The notes beneath the pieces were generated by a model. The model worked only from the letters and a program-made list of their open reading frames with translations. It ran no database searches and was not told the origin of the DNA. Below are positions 1-11,868 of a DNA stretch of 64,000 nt, piece after piece. The first letter of the stretch is position 1; every line of letters starts with the position of its first letter. Origin of the DNA: Paramoeba atlantica (taxonomy: Eukaryota > Protista > Discosea); the NCBI GenBank assembly GCA_977017575.1, contig CDRNVI010000026.1:124001-188000 (forward strand), in the 5' to 3' direction. Position numbers and translations under genes: made by a program.

Positions 1-2165
1 CCGTTGTGGGATTTCACTTTGCACACGTAACACCTTTTATCCATCGATTGGAGCGTTCGAATTTCCCGATCCAATTTCTCAAGGATACCCCCATTCGATA
101 GATTGTTATACCCAATGATTCGCCGTCGTAGACGAGTATGATGGAAGAAATTCCATACATAGAACGAATCGGTGTGTATGACAACTGTTTGAGCCTCATT
201 AGGTATCCTTTCCAGCGCTTCCCTCAGCGATTCAACCTCAGCTCTCTCAGCTGAGCCAGCATCCAATGCTATGGAATAGTATTTTTCTTCTGTTCCACTC
301 ATTCTCAGAACTATTCCCGCACCGGATCTTTGTTCCTTGGACCCCCGCAACTGCCGAACAGAGCCATCAATATACATATGAACCTCACCCTCACTCATGG
401 GGAACGGATCCGAGCCTTCCTCCACAAATTGTAGCTCATAAGAGCTTTTGCTTTTGACCGCTTGAGTGTGTTTAGTTTTCCACCTTGGAGACCTTAATAC
501 CTCATACATCGGAAGTGGTTCAAGTTTCTGCCTGAGCTCATCGCATAGCTTTTGCCAGTGTATCCGATCCTGCGAGTAAACAAGCGCCTGCTCCAGAGTG
601 ACCCCTAGATCATTAAAACTTGCTTCGCTAGGAGAAATATTTCTTGTTTTTTCCGTGCTATTCCATTGAACGAGCTCGCGAAACGTAGAGGAGTGCCTGA
701 GCATGTGGCCAACGATTTTCGCACGGGCAACACGATGCACGGTCGAAAATCGAGGCGTACCACAATACAAGGACTCTAATGGGTAGCAGTGTCCGAAATC
801 GTCAAGCTTTGCTGAGTTACAAGCGAATCTCCTCATCATATTTACCTCAACCTCCGTTTTTCGAAGCATTTTGTTAGAAAGAGAAAGACAGGCTGCACCA
901 AACGTTAAAATAGGGTAGATCAAGCAGTCAAACAGGCGTATTTTCGTGGCAGCACTCAGAGGAGAAGCCCAAATGCCACTGAGTTTACGAAATGCTGCCC
1001 ATGTGAGCCTTAGCCTGTCCTTGATGGGGGATGATGCTGTAGCATCTTGAAGATGACCAAGATGCCGGTAGGAATCCACAAGAGGAATCTTGCCAAGCGA
1101 TCCTGCTCGAAGTTCTCGCGTCCCCCCCGGAACTTTCCCAAAGGCCATCCACGCAGTCTTGGTTTTCCCCACGGCAATCCTCAGATTAGCTGGTTTTGCC
1201 TCATTTGCCGTAGCTTCGATCATTTGCGATATTTCATGTTTCGTGGAAGCTAAAAGTGCTATGTCGTCTGCGTAGTCGATGTCCTTTAGTCTAAATTCTT
1301 GAATTCCCCTGCTTTTCGTCCCGCTGCTCCTTAGAAGAATCCCGAGCGGCTTGTTATCGAGTGCTTTGTTGAGAATCCTATCGATTACAAGCACAAAGAG
1401 ATAAGGAGCAAGCACGTCCCCTTGAAGAATTCCTGTTTTAATGGGAAAAGAATCCGTATTTCCGTATGGTGTGCGGACTATTCCTTTTAAATTCGAGTAC
1501 AAGGACATTACCATCCTAGTAAGCGCGGGTCCGACATGAAAGGCATTCAATGCAGCACGGATCGCATGAAACGATACCGAGGGGAATGCTTTTGCGAAGT
1601 CCATGAATGCCACTGCAATGCCTTTTTTGCCCCTGGTCGCACGAACTCTTGCATCATTCAAAATGATTTGCGCCCCTGCCGTGGACCTTTCTGGCCGAAA
1701 ACCAAATTGACTGTCGCGAAGGAGCGGCTCGATGGATGGTCTGATTCTTTTCAGGATCATTGCATTCATCAATTTAACCGCACTGTTCACGAGACAGATT
1801 GGCCGCCAATTCGCTATTTGTGTCAGGTCGCCTTTTTTTGGAATAGGCACCTGAAGGACAATTTTCCAGGACGCAGGCGAAACCCCTGTTCGATGAACCT
1901 CGTTTACAATATGTAATAAGGATTTTCTCAGCTCAGCATGTTCTGTGATCATTCTGAGTGCCTCCGCCGGAATTTGGTCTATTCCAGGTGCCTTGTTGCG
2001 CGCTAGTCTACTGATGCCGTCCTCGAGCTCTTCTGCAGTGAAACTTTCATCGTTGATTGGTACTTTCGGGCTGACTACTTTGTCAAATTTTATATCTTTA
2101 TCTCCGCGATCATCGGACCCCATACGAGCAAAGAAATCTTTAACAATGTTAAGAGTTTTCCCAGT
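1..2165 (-). mobile_element. Non-LTR retrotransposon (RTE-like RT plus C-terminal RNase H), 5'-truncated, running off the window edge
   Basis: Manual minus-strand translation of both ends gives NWRPICLVNSAVKLM, SQFGFRPERST and FMDFAKAFPSV (RT) and MYIDGS...AERAEVESL...IHTDS...KVKSHNG (RNase H). It is colinear with ORF 24866-27922. It is probably absent from the ORF track because there is no stop before base 1. Confidence 0.93.
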
Positions 2166-2206
2166 CAAAGTAAAGGAATATTGCATAAGTAAAGGAATAA
2201 TGCACA

Positions 2207-2266
2207 CTGTGACCCCCCCCCTTTAATACGGACAGATTTTTGGACATTGTCCGTATTAAAGGGGGG
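2207..2266. repeat. Tiny palindromic MITE-like element
   Basis: 19-bp perfect arms CCCCCCTTTAATACGGACA / TGTCCGTATTAAAGGGGGG. Related (TA)CTGTNCCCCCC ends occur at ~9570-9590, 38570, 39350-39594 and 40350-40410. Confidence 0.6.
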
Positions 2267-2489
2267 AAATACCAGGCATTGCATCTGTTTTGAAAATGGA
2301 TAAATATTAGAGTGGTATTCTATTTGTATAAGCATATGCTAACATATTCTCAGATTTTTCATTCATTGTGCTTTCCAATTTTTTCCTCATCAGTTTGCGT
2401 AAATCTGTGTTTTTTTTGGGGGCTATATGAAAAGATTGCTTGAAAAAATTACGGTTCTCCCTCAAGGACGCTGAAGGCTCTGAATACTG

Positions 2490-4586
2490 GTGCCTATTGA
2501 TGGTATTGGTTCAAGATTTCCGGAAGAGTTTGAACGTGTGTATGGATCTGCTATTCGCTGTCAGGTAGATGCCCATGATATTTTGAGGTTTGGCAGTGCA
2601 GGAATCTTTTGCATCCACTTGTTTGCTGTAAAATTTGTACTAGCACGTCTCTGAAGTGCCATTGCTGCTGGCGCGTTGTCTACGTGCAGTAGTACAGTAG
2701 TGTTCAGCCTCTTTTACCCCCCCCCTACAGGTCTTGTATTTTGTTCGATTTTGGAAACATTTTGTATGGGACTGATTTTCGACCCAATCGTTCCGAATCC
2801 GAGGTCCTTTTCACTCGTGGACACCTGTATCATACCTAAACCGGAAAAAAACTGCAAAAAAGTCGATTTTTTTTCCACAGAGTACATTTTTTTTTAAAAT
2901 TGGCACATTTGTTGGTGATTCATGACGAAGAAGCACCTGGCTAGGGGGGGTAGGGGGTCGCTCGAGTGAAAAGGGCCTCGGATTCGGAACGATTGGGTCG
3001 AAAAACGGTGGTATACCAAATATTTCGAAAATCGGACAAAATACAAGACCTGTAGGGGGGGGGGTAAAAGACGCTGAACACCACTGTACGTGCTTATAGT
3101 TTCTGCGGACTGCAACCATGATGCCGCCGAGTGCAGCGCTGAGTTCGGAGTAAAAAATATGTGCTCCTGGTTTCGTGTACCCTTGTTTACCTGCCTCCAA
3201 AATTCCTTCGTTGAACAATAAGATCGCCCACGCTACTGAGCTGGCGTCTGTCCAAACATCTACGCGCGGACATCTTGTTACGTGTTCTACTTTAGATTGC
3301 CATGCGTTGATTCTCAAATTTTCAAATGAGTCCGATAGTTCGCTTAATAAGTCTTCTACAGGCGAAAATGTAATGTTCCAAGATTTCTTTTCGTGAACTA
3401 TTCGGGCTACTTTACCTAAGGTCTGGAGTAAATGGGCAAACGAGAAAAGTGGAATCTTCAAGACGCTGGCTCGCCACATCAGAAGGCCGGAGATCGTATA
3501 CAGTTCGATGGCTGTCCACGCTTCATTTCGTACGATGCCGTCGTACTGCGTGCATGCTTTGATCGTCCATTGTGATGACATGCGATATCTTTTTTCCGAG
3601 AGGTCAAATTCTATGCCCAGGACGCATGCCTCCCGCGTGGGCTCCATGGAAAGATCGTCAATTTTCAGTTTCACTGATTCTACCCGGGAGAGAAACTCGT
3701 TTGTCCTTTAGCTCTGGCTTCGTTTTTCCGAGTAGAATATAGTTATCTACCCATGCCATGCCTAAATCTCTCACGATGAAACTCCTTGTGCTATCGCCGG
3801 CGCCCATGACCATCCCATGGGCATAGACGTAAACTGCACAGTGTCCGTTTTTCCCCTTGCATTACCCAGAACAGCACCAAAGTAAGGCCGTATCTCTGCG
3901 GCCAATGGAAATTGATAAAAAAAGCTTTTTGCGTCAGCGTGAGCCATCCATTCAGAGGCCAAGATTGCATCTGTTATGTTGTTAATCGAAGGCAGATGCA
4001 TTGCGGGGGGGCATGCGAAAGCTCGGTTCAGCTTTCTGCAATCACATATTAGACGCAAACTCCCATCCTTTTTTGGAACAGTGAAGGAGCGATGTACAGC
4101 GACGGGTTGCTGGGTCTTTTCCACTACCCCCAGGCGTATTAGATCATGTAAATGTTGTCTCATAAAACGAGACACTGGGCGTTTGCCCTTGACGTTTGCT
4201 AGCAAGTATGATTGAAAGACTTTTACGTTCTGTAAGAGTTCTAGGTAATCGAGTGTACCGTCGTCATTCATATTTCGGAGGGCCTTGTACGACAGTCTCG
4301 AAGATGCAATAGTACCAATCGTACCTTGGTTTCTGTGGGTGCAAATGCTGGGCGGGCGCGTAAGTCGTCCACGATCAAGTTCATGTCCTTTCACGTCCTT
4401 AAAGTTTTTTGTAGCAACAGTTGTGATATCCGAAGAATTGTGCACGAAAACCGGTTCTGGATTAGGCTCGCCATTTATATTGTCACTGTCCCACGTTTCT
4501 CGACCAATGTGCAAGGGAAACTTACCGTGTAACTGTCCTTTTAGTAAGTATAGCGCCGACTGATTTACATTGTGCCCTTTCTTCAT
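2490..4586 (-). pseudogene. RT-RNase H of the VIPER-like element (frameshifted, MITE-interrupted)
   Basis: FTVPKKDGSLRLICDCRKLN, ADAKSFFYQF, MPMGWSWAP, then AWVDNYI in a shifted frame. RNase H shows WTDAS...IFYSEL, and after the MITE VDNAPA...W.ST...ADPYTR. Confidence 0.88.
2695..3086. mobile_element. Tc1/mariner-type MITE with ~125-bp TIRs and TA TSD
   Basis: TA-CAGTAGTGTTCAGC...GCTGAACACCACTG-TA. Excising it restores the RNase H frame (YKHV|LLHVDN). A longer relative lies at 46105-46865. Confidence 0.9.
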
Positions 4587-6185
4587 AGAAGCTTTGTAGC
4601 GTCATGCAACCCCAGGGACAGTGCTACTTCCATCCGGGGAAGATAAATCCACAAAGTCTCTAGATCTTTGTGCTTGGCCAGCAGTTGTATTACAGACAGA
4701 GGTACACCGTCTTTCAGGAGAGAAACCAGTGATCCGCGTTTCACTGAGTGTGCTGACAGATTGGAACTGACTCTTTTCAAGACCGCGGTTGCTCTCATCG
4801 TACTCAAAGTCGTAAATTTCTCTCCTTCCGTGATGTTCTCCAGTCGGTTTATGAACAGGTTCCATTCGTTGAACGAGCAGCTGATCGGTATTGCTGTCCC
4901 TATTCTGAAAGGGTCTCCCTTGTGTATTGGGAATGTAACGCCGAGTATTCGTTTTTCGTGGTCTATGATCTGGACATCCTGCCTCCTTAAATGTCGAACG
5001 TCGTCGATGCAACTGCACGTCTTCCAAGCTAACATCATTCCGGCCGCTTCGTCCGTGACCAGCCACTCGCACGCCTCGACGATTTGGTCCTTCGTTGCTC
5101 AATCCAATCCAAATCATTCCGGATTGCTCCGGATGGTCACTGGCAAGCCAGACACTTCACAGACAGATTTGGAAGTTCCGAGGCCGACGTCCTCTACCAG
5201 ATTCCGCTTGTCCAAGGCGGCACCAACGTGCTGTTGCCAACACGCTGCGTCGACAAACTGTACGTCAACACGGCTTACCCCCAAGAGGTGTAAGCCGGGT
5301 AAGGGAGCTGGTTCCCTGAGGGGAGTCCGGGACGGTCCTCCGAGTACTGGGCCTAGTCAGTTATCAGCCCAGCCCCTTAGAGTGAGGCCGCCGGGAATAT
5401 TGCCGCCGGGAATATTTCCTTCGTTGCTGGAGGAGCTTGATTTTCCGGCACTAACGCTCCCTGGCGCTGGAGTGATTTCATATACATGTAGATGCTCATT
5501 TGATGATTATCATATACATGTATGCTGTTACCGCTGTTTTCTCCATCATTCCTCCCGAGCGGTAAATGATTTGCACGAGATTTTTGGCGTACGTATGTGC
5601 CGTTTGAACGCTGATGATTCCTTTCTTGGTTTCCGGATTGATAAATCTGAGCTTCGCTTCCAGGAAGCATATGATACACCACTCCTCGCTGGGAAGGTCG
5701 TCTCCGAGACTTTGTTTCCACACGGTGTATTGTTTGTATACGCTGGACAGATGGTTCCAACGCGACTCCGATTTTTCCTGTAACATACGCTGCCTTCCCT
5801 GTTCCAGAACCTCCCTTACACCCGTTGTCGGAATGAGCGCTCCGGTCTCCCTGTTTCCTTCTATTCGGTCTAGGAAAAGATCCTCCACTTCCAGCCGATT
5901 TTTCTCTCGAGATCTCGTCACTATGCCGGTGACGGTTTTCGTGCTTCGCGACGGTTCTTTGTACGAACTGGTTATTGTGCGACTCAAGTCCGGATTTGCT
6001 CTTTGCAGTTCTATTCCTTCCTCTTCCGTTGTCTCTTTGCCTTCTTGCCCTTGGAGTAAGTTTGTATTGCCCCTTATTATGTATATTTCTAGAATAATTT
6101 TCACTGTAAAAATTATTGCCCCTAACGTTGATAATTCTACTATATTGTCCCTTATAAAATTTATTGTTTCTTGAATTATTTTCAC
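4583..6185 (-). pseudogene. Tyrosine recombinase of the VIPER-like element, split by a 317-bp insertion
   Basis: The C-terminal half carries AHSVKRG...LAKHKD...IYL (HxxR, H, Y catalytic pattern). Removing 5100-5416 plus one TSD rejoins QAPPATK|DQIVEACEWL. Confidence 0.85.
5100..5416 (-). mobile_element. Short retroposon (SINE-like or 5'-truncated LINE 3' end) with 12-bp TSD
   Basis: Direct repeat TCCTTCGTTGCT at 5088-5099 and 5417-5428. The minus-strand 3' end is GATTTGGATTGGATTG. Internal hairpin CGGCTTAC...GTAAGCCG. Confidence 0.8.
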
Positions 6186-6198
6186 GTCGACGTACTAG

Positions 6199-6975
6199 TC
6201 AAAATTTCTTCACGGACGGTTTTGACGGCGGGCCCGCGCTTCGCCCCGGTCGATCGTTTTTTGAATCCATAGCCTTCAACATTGCCGGGAAAAGTTTTCC
6301 ACGCAGCCCTCCACTTACTTTCGCCTCCTCAAGAGCCTGAGCATAGACCCGGCAATCTCCATGCAGGGCACGGACTTTATAGGCCACTAAGGCTGCCAGA
6401 ATGTTCTCTCCCACCAGCATATTACCGTCGGACTTCCAGAGGACACCCATCTTCATAGAATTTCGAGCCCATGCTAGGAAAGCTAAGAGAAGATCATTTT
6501 TTTTATGCTCATCCTGATGATACCGAGGGACGTTCCGCTCTGCAGCACCCACCCCAAAGTACCGCCGCAAATGAGAATCTAGTTCGACCAGACTTCGATC
6601 TCTCGTTTCTGCGTTTCCTTCCAGGAACATCGCATAGGTGGCCAAATCCAGAGGTTCGAAGGTCCCCGCCTCGCGTCCCTCCACCCGCTCGATCGCCGCC
6701 GAATAGGGATCTGAAGGCAGTTTATCCAGCATGTGCACTTTGACGTTCGACGGTGGGAAAGTCAGTTCTCCGTATTTCCCAAAGTCGATTATCATGAACA
6801 CTTTTTCCTCATCGATTTTCTTTACCACTCCCTTCCATATTTTCCCCGAGGTACCTTGTCTGAGGACCACAGAAGTCGGATAGCGTCCCCGATTTTGCTC
6901 TCGGCCACAAACTCTCGGCCACACGTGAGTCTGATATAAGAGGGGGTAGATCGTTCATTGGGCGAAATATGTTAC
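6199..6975 (-). pseudogene. gag-like ORF1 of the VIPER-like element
   Basis: 241-aa ORF directly upstream of the YR ORF on the same strand. The 5' end is frameshifted by a GTGGCCGAGAG duplication. Confidence 0.6.
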
Positions 6976-7220
6976 ATAATTATTAAATATGGGGCATTTC
7001 CAAAATTTTTCATAACTGAAAAAATCGATTGCTTTTTTTCGTACGTCCCACTTGGGGATTGACATCCCACACGGGTTGGGTACTAAAGATAAGAAAATGA
7101 CCCTGTTTTTAAGCTAAAAAATGCGACAAAAAAAGTTTCGCGCCACTTTGCCGCGCCTGTTTTTTTTGATGAAATAGGTGAAGGGGGGTGATCTGTAGGG
7201 AAAATCAATTTTACGAGCAC

Positions 7221-7256
7221 AACCCAGACTAAAACGGACGAGGGAGATACTAAACC
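7221..7256 (+). repeat. Solo TIR of the ACCCAGG MITE family
   Basis: AACCCAGACTAAAACGGACGAGGGAGATAC matches the arms of the MITEs at 35528 and 46977. Confidence 0.6.
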
Positions 7257-8119
7257 ACAGTCCGGTTTAACATTCCGGGGAGAATGTTAAGTAGCTACAG
7301 GAACATTAACTTTTTTTTGAGTTTGGTAATCATATTCTTCAAAACAATGATGGCATAAAAGGGTTAAACTGAACTAATATTCGCAATTTTACAAATTTTC
7401 AAAAAGAAAATCCTTTTTTTCCCGTACTTTAAACTTTTCTCAACTTGTACATGCTTACTTCTTACAAATGAACTCATGCACGGCCTTGCTTCAAATTTAC
7501 TAAAACTTGAAACAATGCATCACCCCCATTACACTTAAAACTTCCGGTGCATACCTCTGCTTATGCTTCTATTCGGTACCCTTCTTTTTCAGCTTCCGAC
7601 CTGGAACAATACTGTCCCGCTTCGGACGCTTTTTGGCCATGGAGTTAGCGCACTCCATAGTGCTCGTGTCCACGCCTTCAGTTGTAATCCACTGTCTTTG
7701 GTGGCTAACACTTTCGCGTAGAGATAAATTGTGACGGGTGTCAGATAGAATGAATTTTTATGCGACTTCCTGAAGCAAAATTCTCGATCTTTGGAGAAGA
7801 GGATTCTTGAACGTTCTATTCGGACCAGAGTCCATGCAGATAATTTGTGGTTCTTCTATTATCTCAATGGTTCTAGTAACATATCGCCTTTTTCCGATAT
7901 ACCGTAGACCCACCAGTAATAGGCCCCCCAGTAACAAGGATTTGGCTCGGGAGGGTGGCTCAAGGGGGGAGGGGGATTTGGGCGGGGTGAGGGCGGTTGC
8001 GCGGGAGCGAGTGTTCTTCTTTTACCCTAAATGGGTTGCCCGGGCTGCTCCGATTTTTCATGCACTGATAAGTGGTCCAATACTTTGCGTTATATGGCAA
8101 CGGAAGACAGCATCATATT

Positions 8120-8338
8120 CCGGATAAAAATCATGCTCTTATGTATGAGGCCGTTACTTGTTCGAAAGGTCATGAGCCACGGGTACGTACTCTTAAGGAA
8201 GATCATTGGTTATGCTTCGATATAAAGTGCCGCGGTAAAACTTATTTTTGGGAACCTCTTCTGACGGCCACACATGAGCGCACCGCAAACCAGATTTTTA
8301 AAGTCTTATACGGCATCACTTCTGTAGCCGGCTACTGA
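8120..8338 (+). pseudogene. Remnant of a Merlin/ISXO2-like transposase N-terminus
   Basis: CSKGH...HWLCFDIKC (zinc-ribbon-like) followed by IFKVLYGI. A related KVLYG fragment lies at ~14030-14300. Confidence 0.4.
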
Positions 8339-8512
8339 TCTCAACGAAGAGTGGACTTGGGGCAAAAGCGATCACTCGGCTGACAAACATCCCTTTGAGT
8401 CGTGCCCTCGAACAATGAAAATCGAAAAAATAAAAATCGAAAATTTTCTTTCCAAAAAACTTCAAAAAATTCCATATTAAATGGGGGGGATCAGGGGGGT
8501 CCGCATTAAAGG

Positions 8513-9154
8513 GGTCAAAGTAAAGGACTTTTGCATAAGTCAAGGACTTTTGCAGAAGTCAATTTTTAGCAGGGACCCCCTTTATATGAGTTGGTCCATT
8601 GCGACTCATGTATAGCACCATCATACAAATCTGTCATTATACTACCGAATTACCCCCTGGTTTGGGTCCTGGGGAGAATATTTGGAGGCAACAATGTGCA
8701 TGACATTTTGCCAAAAAAATACCTTTTTCGGCGATGTTGACCTTACGATGTCTCTGTACTGCGCGTAATGTTGAAAAGGGATCACATAGGGCCTTCTTCA
8801 GGTCTTAAGCTGTTCGTGTGTACTCACAAAACTTTGAATGAGCGGTTTTCATATAAGGGGTAACCCCTTGAAAATCGCAAAAAATGACCATTTTTGGGCA
8901 ATTTCGTGAAAAATGGTCGTTTTTCGCCGTTTTCGCCCATTTTACGAGGGTCACCCCTTGTGCAGGCATGCAGATTCTTCAAAAAGTATATTGCCAAAAA
9001 CTACTTTGCGAGCTACGCTACTATTATATACTGTATACTCATAAGCTAGCTCACGGACCGGGCTTACTTGGCGCATGGAAAATGAAAATCAAAAAAAAAT
9101 CTTTGGTGTTCCACAAAAGTCCTTGACTTATGCAAAAGTCCTTGACTTACAAAC
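8513..9154. mobile_element. ~640-bp non-autonomous TIR element, copy 1
   Basis: Both ends carry tandem AAGT(C/A)AAGGACTTTTGCAT units in inverted orientation. A near-identical inverted copy lies at 13104-13744. Confidence 0.8.
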
Positions 9155-9299
9155 GGAAGCAAAAATCATGCAATTATTCTACGTGTGCTTCTCTCTAGAT
9201 TCGTGGGAAGCAATTTGCGAAGCCTAACTACCTTGATAACAAATTTTAGTACCCATTCGTGTGAAGCAATTTGCGAAGCCCAACTACCTTGATAACAAA

Positions 9300-9567
9300 C
9301 TTTAGTACCCATTTTGGCCGCGCGGGGGTGCGCGCGGCCGCGAAACGGCGAGGGCCCGCGTGAGCCTGTACCCCGCGTAGGATTCCCCTGTGCGTCGTTA
9401 GTGGGATGCAATTTGCGAAGCTCACTGAATTTCGTAGTTTTCGCTACGTTGTCAACGTATGTTAGTGAAGTGTAGGATACTGAACGCACGGAAAATGAAA
9501 ATCAAAAAAAAATCTTGGGTGTTCCACAAAAGTCCTTGACTTATGCAAAAGTCCTTGACTTCCACCC
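9300..9567. repeat. Partial element with a GGGTGGAAGTCAAGG end; inverted copy at 11577-11868
   Basis: The reverse complement is colinear with 11577-11868, and the terminal units are the same as in 8513-9154. Confidence 0.7.
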
Positions 9568-9843
9568 ATTAAAGGGGGGGTCACAGTAAGTAAAGGAATA
9601 ATGCAGAAGTGAAATTTTGACCCCCGACCCCTTTATATGAGATCTCTGATTCTGAAAAATAAATAGAAGCCATGTGGAGATCTACACTTATACTACCTAA
9701 GAGCCCTGTATTTTTCAAGTTTATGAACAAAGTTTGGCCAGACTGGAGACGAGACATTTGTTCCAAAAAAAATCATTTTGGAAAATGGTGCGGTATACTA
9801 TGCCTGGTTACCGATTGTAAAATTAAAGTAAATATACTTTAAT

Positions 9844-10730
9844 ATTGCGGTGGTTGTAAAACTACCGCTCTACACTCGATTATTGAAAAAAAAGTGAACA
9901 AAAACAGTGAAAATATAAAGGGGAACACAGTAATATAATAGAAGAAAAAAATATAAAAGGGGGCTCCGGTGATCCAAAACTGAAAAAAAAATTTGAAAAA
10001 AATTGGGGGTCCATGGGGGGGGTCCAGGGCGGGGGGCATGGTCGAGCAAATTTTTTCGAAAAAATTAGTTTTCGAAAAAAAACCGCAGAAAGGGTAGCCG
10101 GGGTCTTGGCGCGCATTTTCCACCCCCCTACCCGGGGGTGACCCCCCCGCGTATCCGCAGGACGGGTCCGCCAAGTTGGGATTTTTTCGGAAAAAAAAAT
10201 TTGAAAAAAAATTCAACTTGGCGAAAAAAATGGCAAAAAACATATTTTTCCAAAATGGTTTCCCCTATTGTATTTTGATAGTTTGGGACCTACACTAGCT
10301 TTCTCCGCAGTTGTTTTCTCAAGGTATCACTTCTTCGAACCGTGGTGAGCCCCTAAAAATGACCCGTTTTTGACTAAAAAAGGTGAAAAAGTATTTTTCG
10401 GACCTAAAGGGGCATTTTTGTGTCGAAAGAATGGTATGGTTGGAGTCGCATTCTCTACCCAATACGTTCGGTAGGCTTTCATTCATGCCTACGAGTGATT
10501 TCCCATGCGCAAATGTCGGATTTAGTGCTCTGAGAGCAAAAATACGCGAAAATCACCCCATTTTTACCCGAAATTCGGCTATTTTTGGCTATAATCTTTC
10601 CGTTTTCCAGGCTAAATTTTCTTTTTTAGGCTCTTCGTTAAACGCGGTGGTAGTTTTCAACGCGAAGCGCGCAGCATGAGTGACTTCTAAGTTGAAAACA
10701 ACCACCGCGTTTAACGAAGAGCCTAAAAAA
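9844..10730. repeat. ~890-bp interspersed repeat, copy 1
   Basis: Direct copy at 21145-22058. Terminal hairpin GCGGTGGTT-GTAA-AACTACCGC at 9847-9868 and a ~40-bp-arm inverted repeat at 10622-10730. Confidence 0.85.
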
Positions 10731-11236
10731 GTTGCGGTCAATACGGGTAATATATATTACCCGGGTAATATATATTACATATACGGGTTAGCTGGGTTCT
10801 AAATCTGTCACTATGCACTAGTTTTACATACAAGTAAGACTTTTCATATAGAGGGTAGGTCCGCCAAAACAGCGAATAACGGTCATTTTGGGCGATTTTC
10901 TCGAGAAATGCTCATTTTGGCCCGTTTTAGGCCACTTTTGGAGGGTCACCCCTTATATCAAAGTGATGATTTTTGGAAAATCTCATACTTCGCACCCTTC
11001 ACAATCAATATCTGGACACATACATCAACATACGCCTACTACTTTCTTCGGGGAGAAAATTCAAAAGTTCAAAATTTTCTAGAGGTAGTGCACAATATTC
11101 CTTTAGTTATGCATTATTCCTTTACTTATGCATTATTCCTTCACTTATGCATTATTCCTTATGCAATATTCCTTTACTTACGCATTATTCCTGTGCTTGT
11201 GGATTATGTCCTAGGGCCGAACGGACGGAGGGGCCG

Positions 11237-11471
11237 GCCGGGCCAATGAGAACCTAGATCTTGTTTACCCGTCTGCGACACAAACCGGCTGATAAATTAA
11301 CCTTTGCTCCCGGTGAGGCCCCGGAGTTGCGAGAGGCCTCCATACCCCACAACTACCACCTTCCCTCCCTATTTAGCGGGGATCGCGCGAGCGACCTCTG
11401 ATAAATGGGGGGAAGGTGGTAGTTGTTTTGGGGGAAATGAGAGGCCGAACGCACGGAGGGGCCGGCCGGGA
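11237..11471. repeat. Circularly permuted copy of the 225-bp GC-rich module
   Basis: Reverse complement of the 33816-34570 unit. It spans the head-to-tail junction and starts and ends in GGAGGGGCCGGCCGGG. Confidence 0.8.
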
Positions 11472-11868
11472 CAATGAGTCAGGGAAGACTTAGCTAGGCC
11501 CGAATCTATGTCTGCCACTTCCGCAGGATTGTGTATTTGTTTTCCTATACTGCGACACCTACCTGTAGTTTACGCGGGTGGAAGTCAAGGACTTTTGCAT
11601 AAGTCAAGGACTTTTGTGGAACACCAAAGAATTTTTTTTGATTTTCATTTTCCGTGCGTTCAGTATCCTACACTTCACTACATACGTTGACTATGCGTGC
11701 GTAGCGGAAACTACGAAATTCGGTGAGCTTCGCAAATTGCATCCCACTAACGACGCACAGGGGAATCCTACGCGGGGTACAGGCTCACGCGGGCCCTCGC
11801 CGTTTCGCGGCCGCGCGCACCCCCGCTCACGCGGGGGCCTCCGCGCGGCCAAAATGGGTACTAAAATT

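Larger units (their letters stand above)
2490..7020 (-). mobile_element. Degenerate VIPER-like tyrosine-recombinase (DIRS-order) retrotransposon: gag-like, YR, RT-RNase H
   Basis: Minus-strand ORF order is gag-like (6199-6924), YR (6185-4583), RT-RH (4586-2490). Multiple frameshifts and two nested insertions. Confidence 0.85.

Noticed and set aside
4668-5783. 371-aa plus-strand ORF (also 5614-6174, 19325-20224, 31526-32056, 18464-18919)
   Set aside because: These are antisense shadows of transposon ORFs with no motifs of their own.
9839-10243. Phe-rich hydrophobic ORFs (also 21083-21545)
   Set aside because: They arise from T-rich and poly-C tracts of a non-coding repeat, and the frames differ between the two copies.
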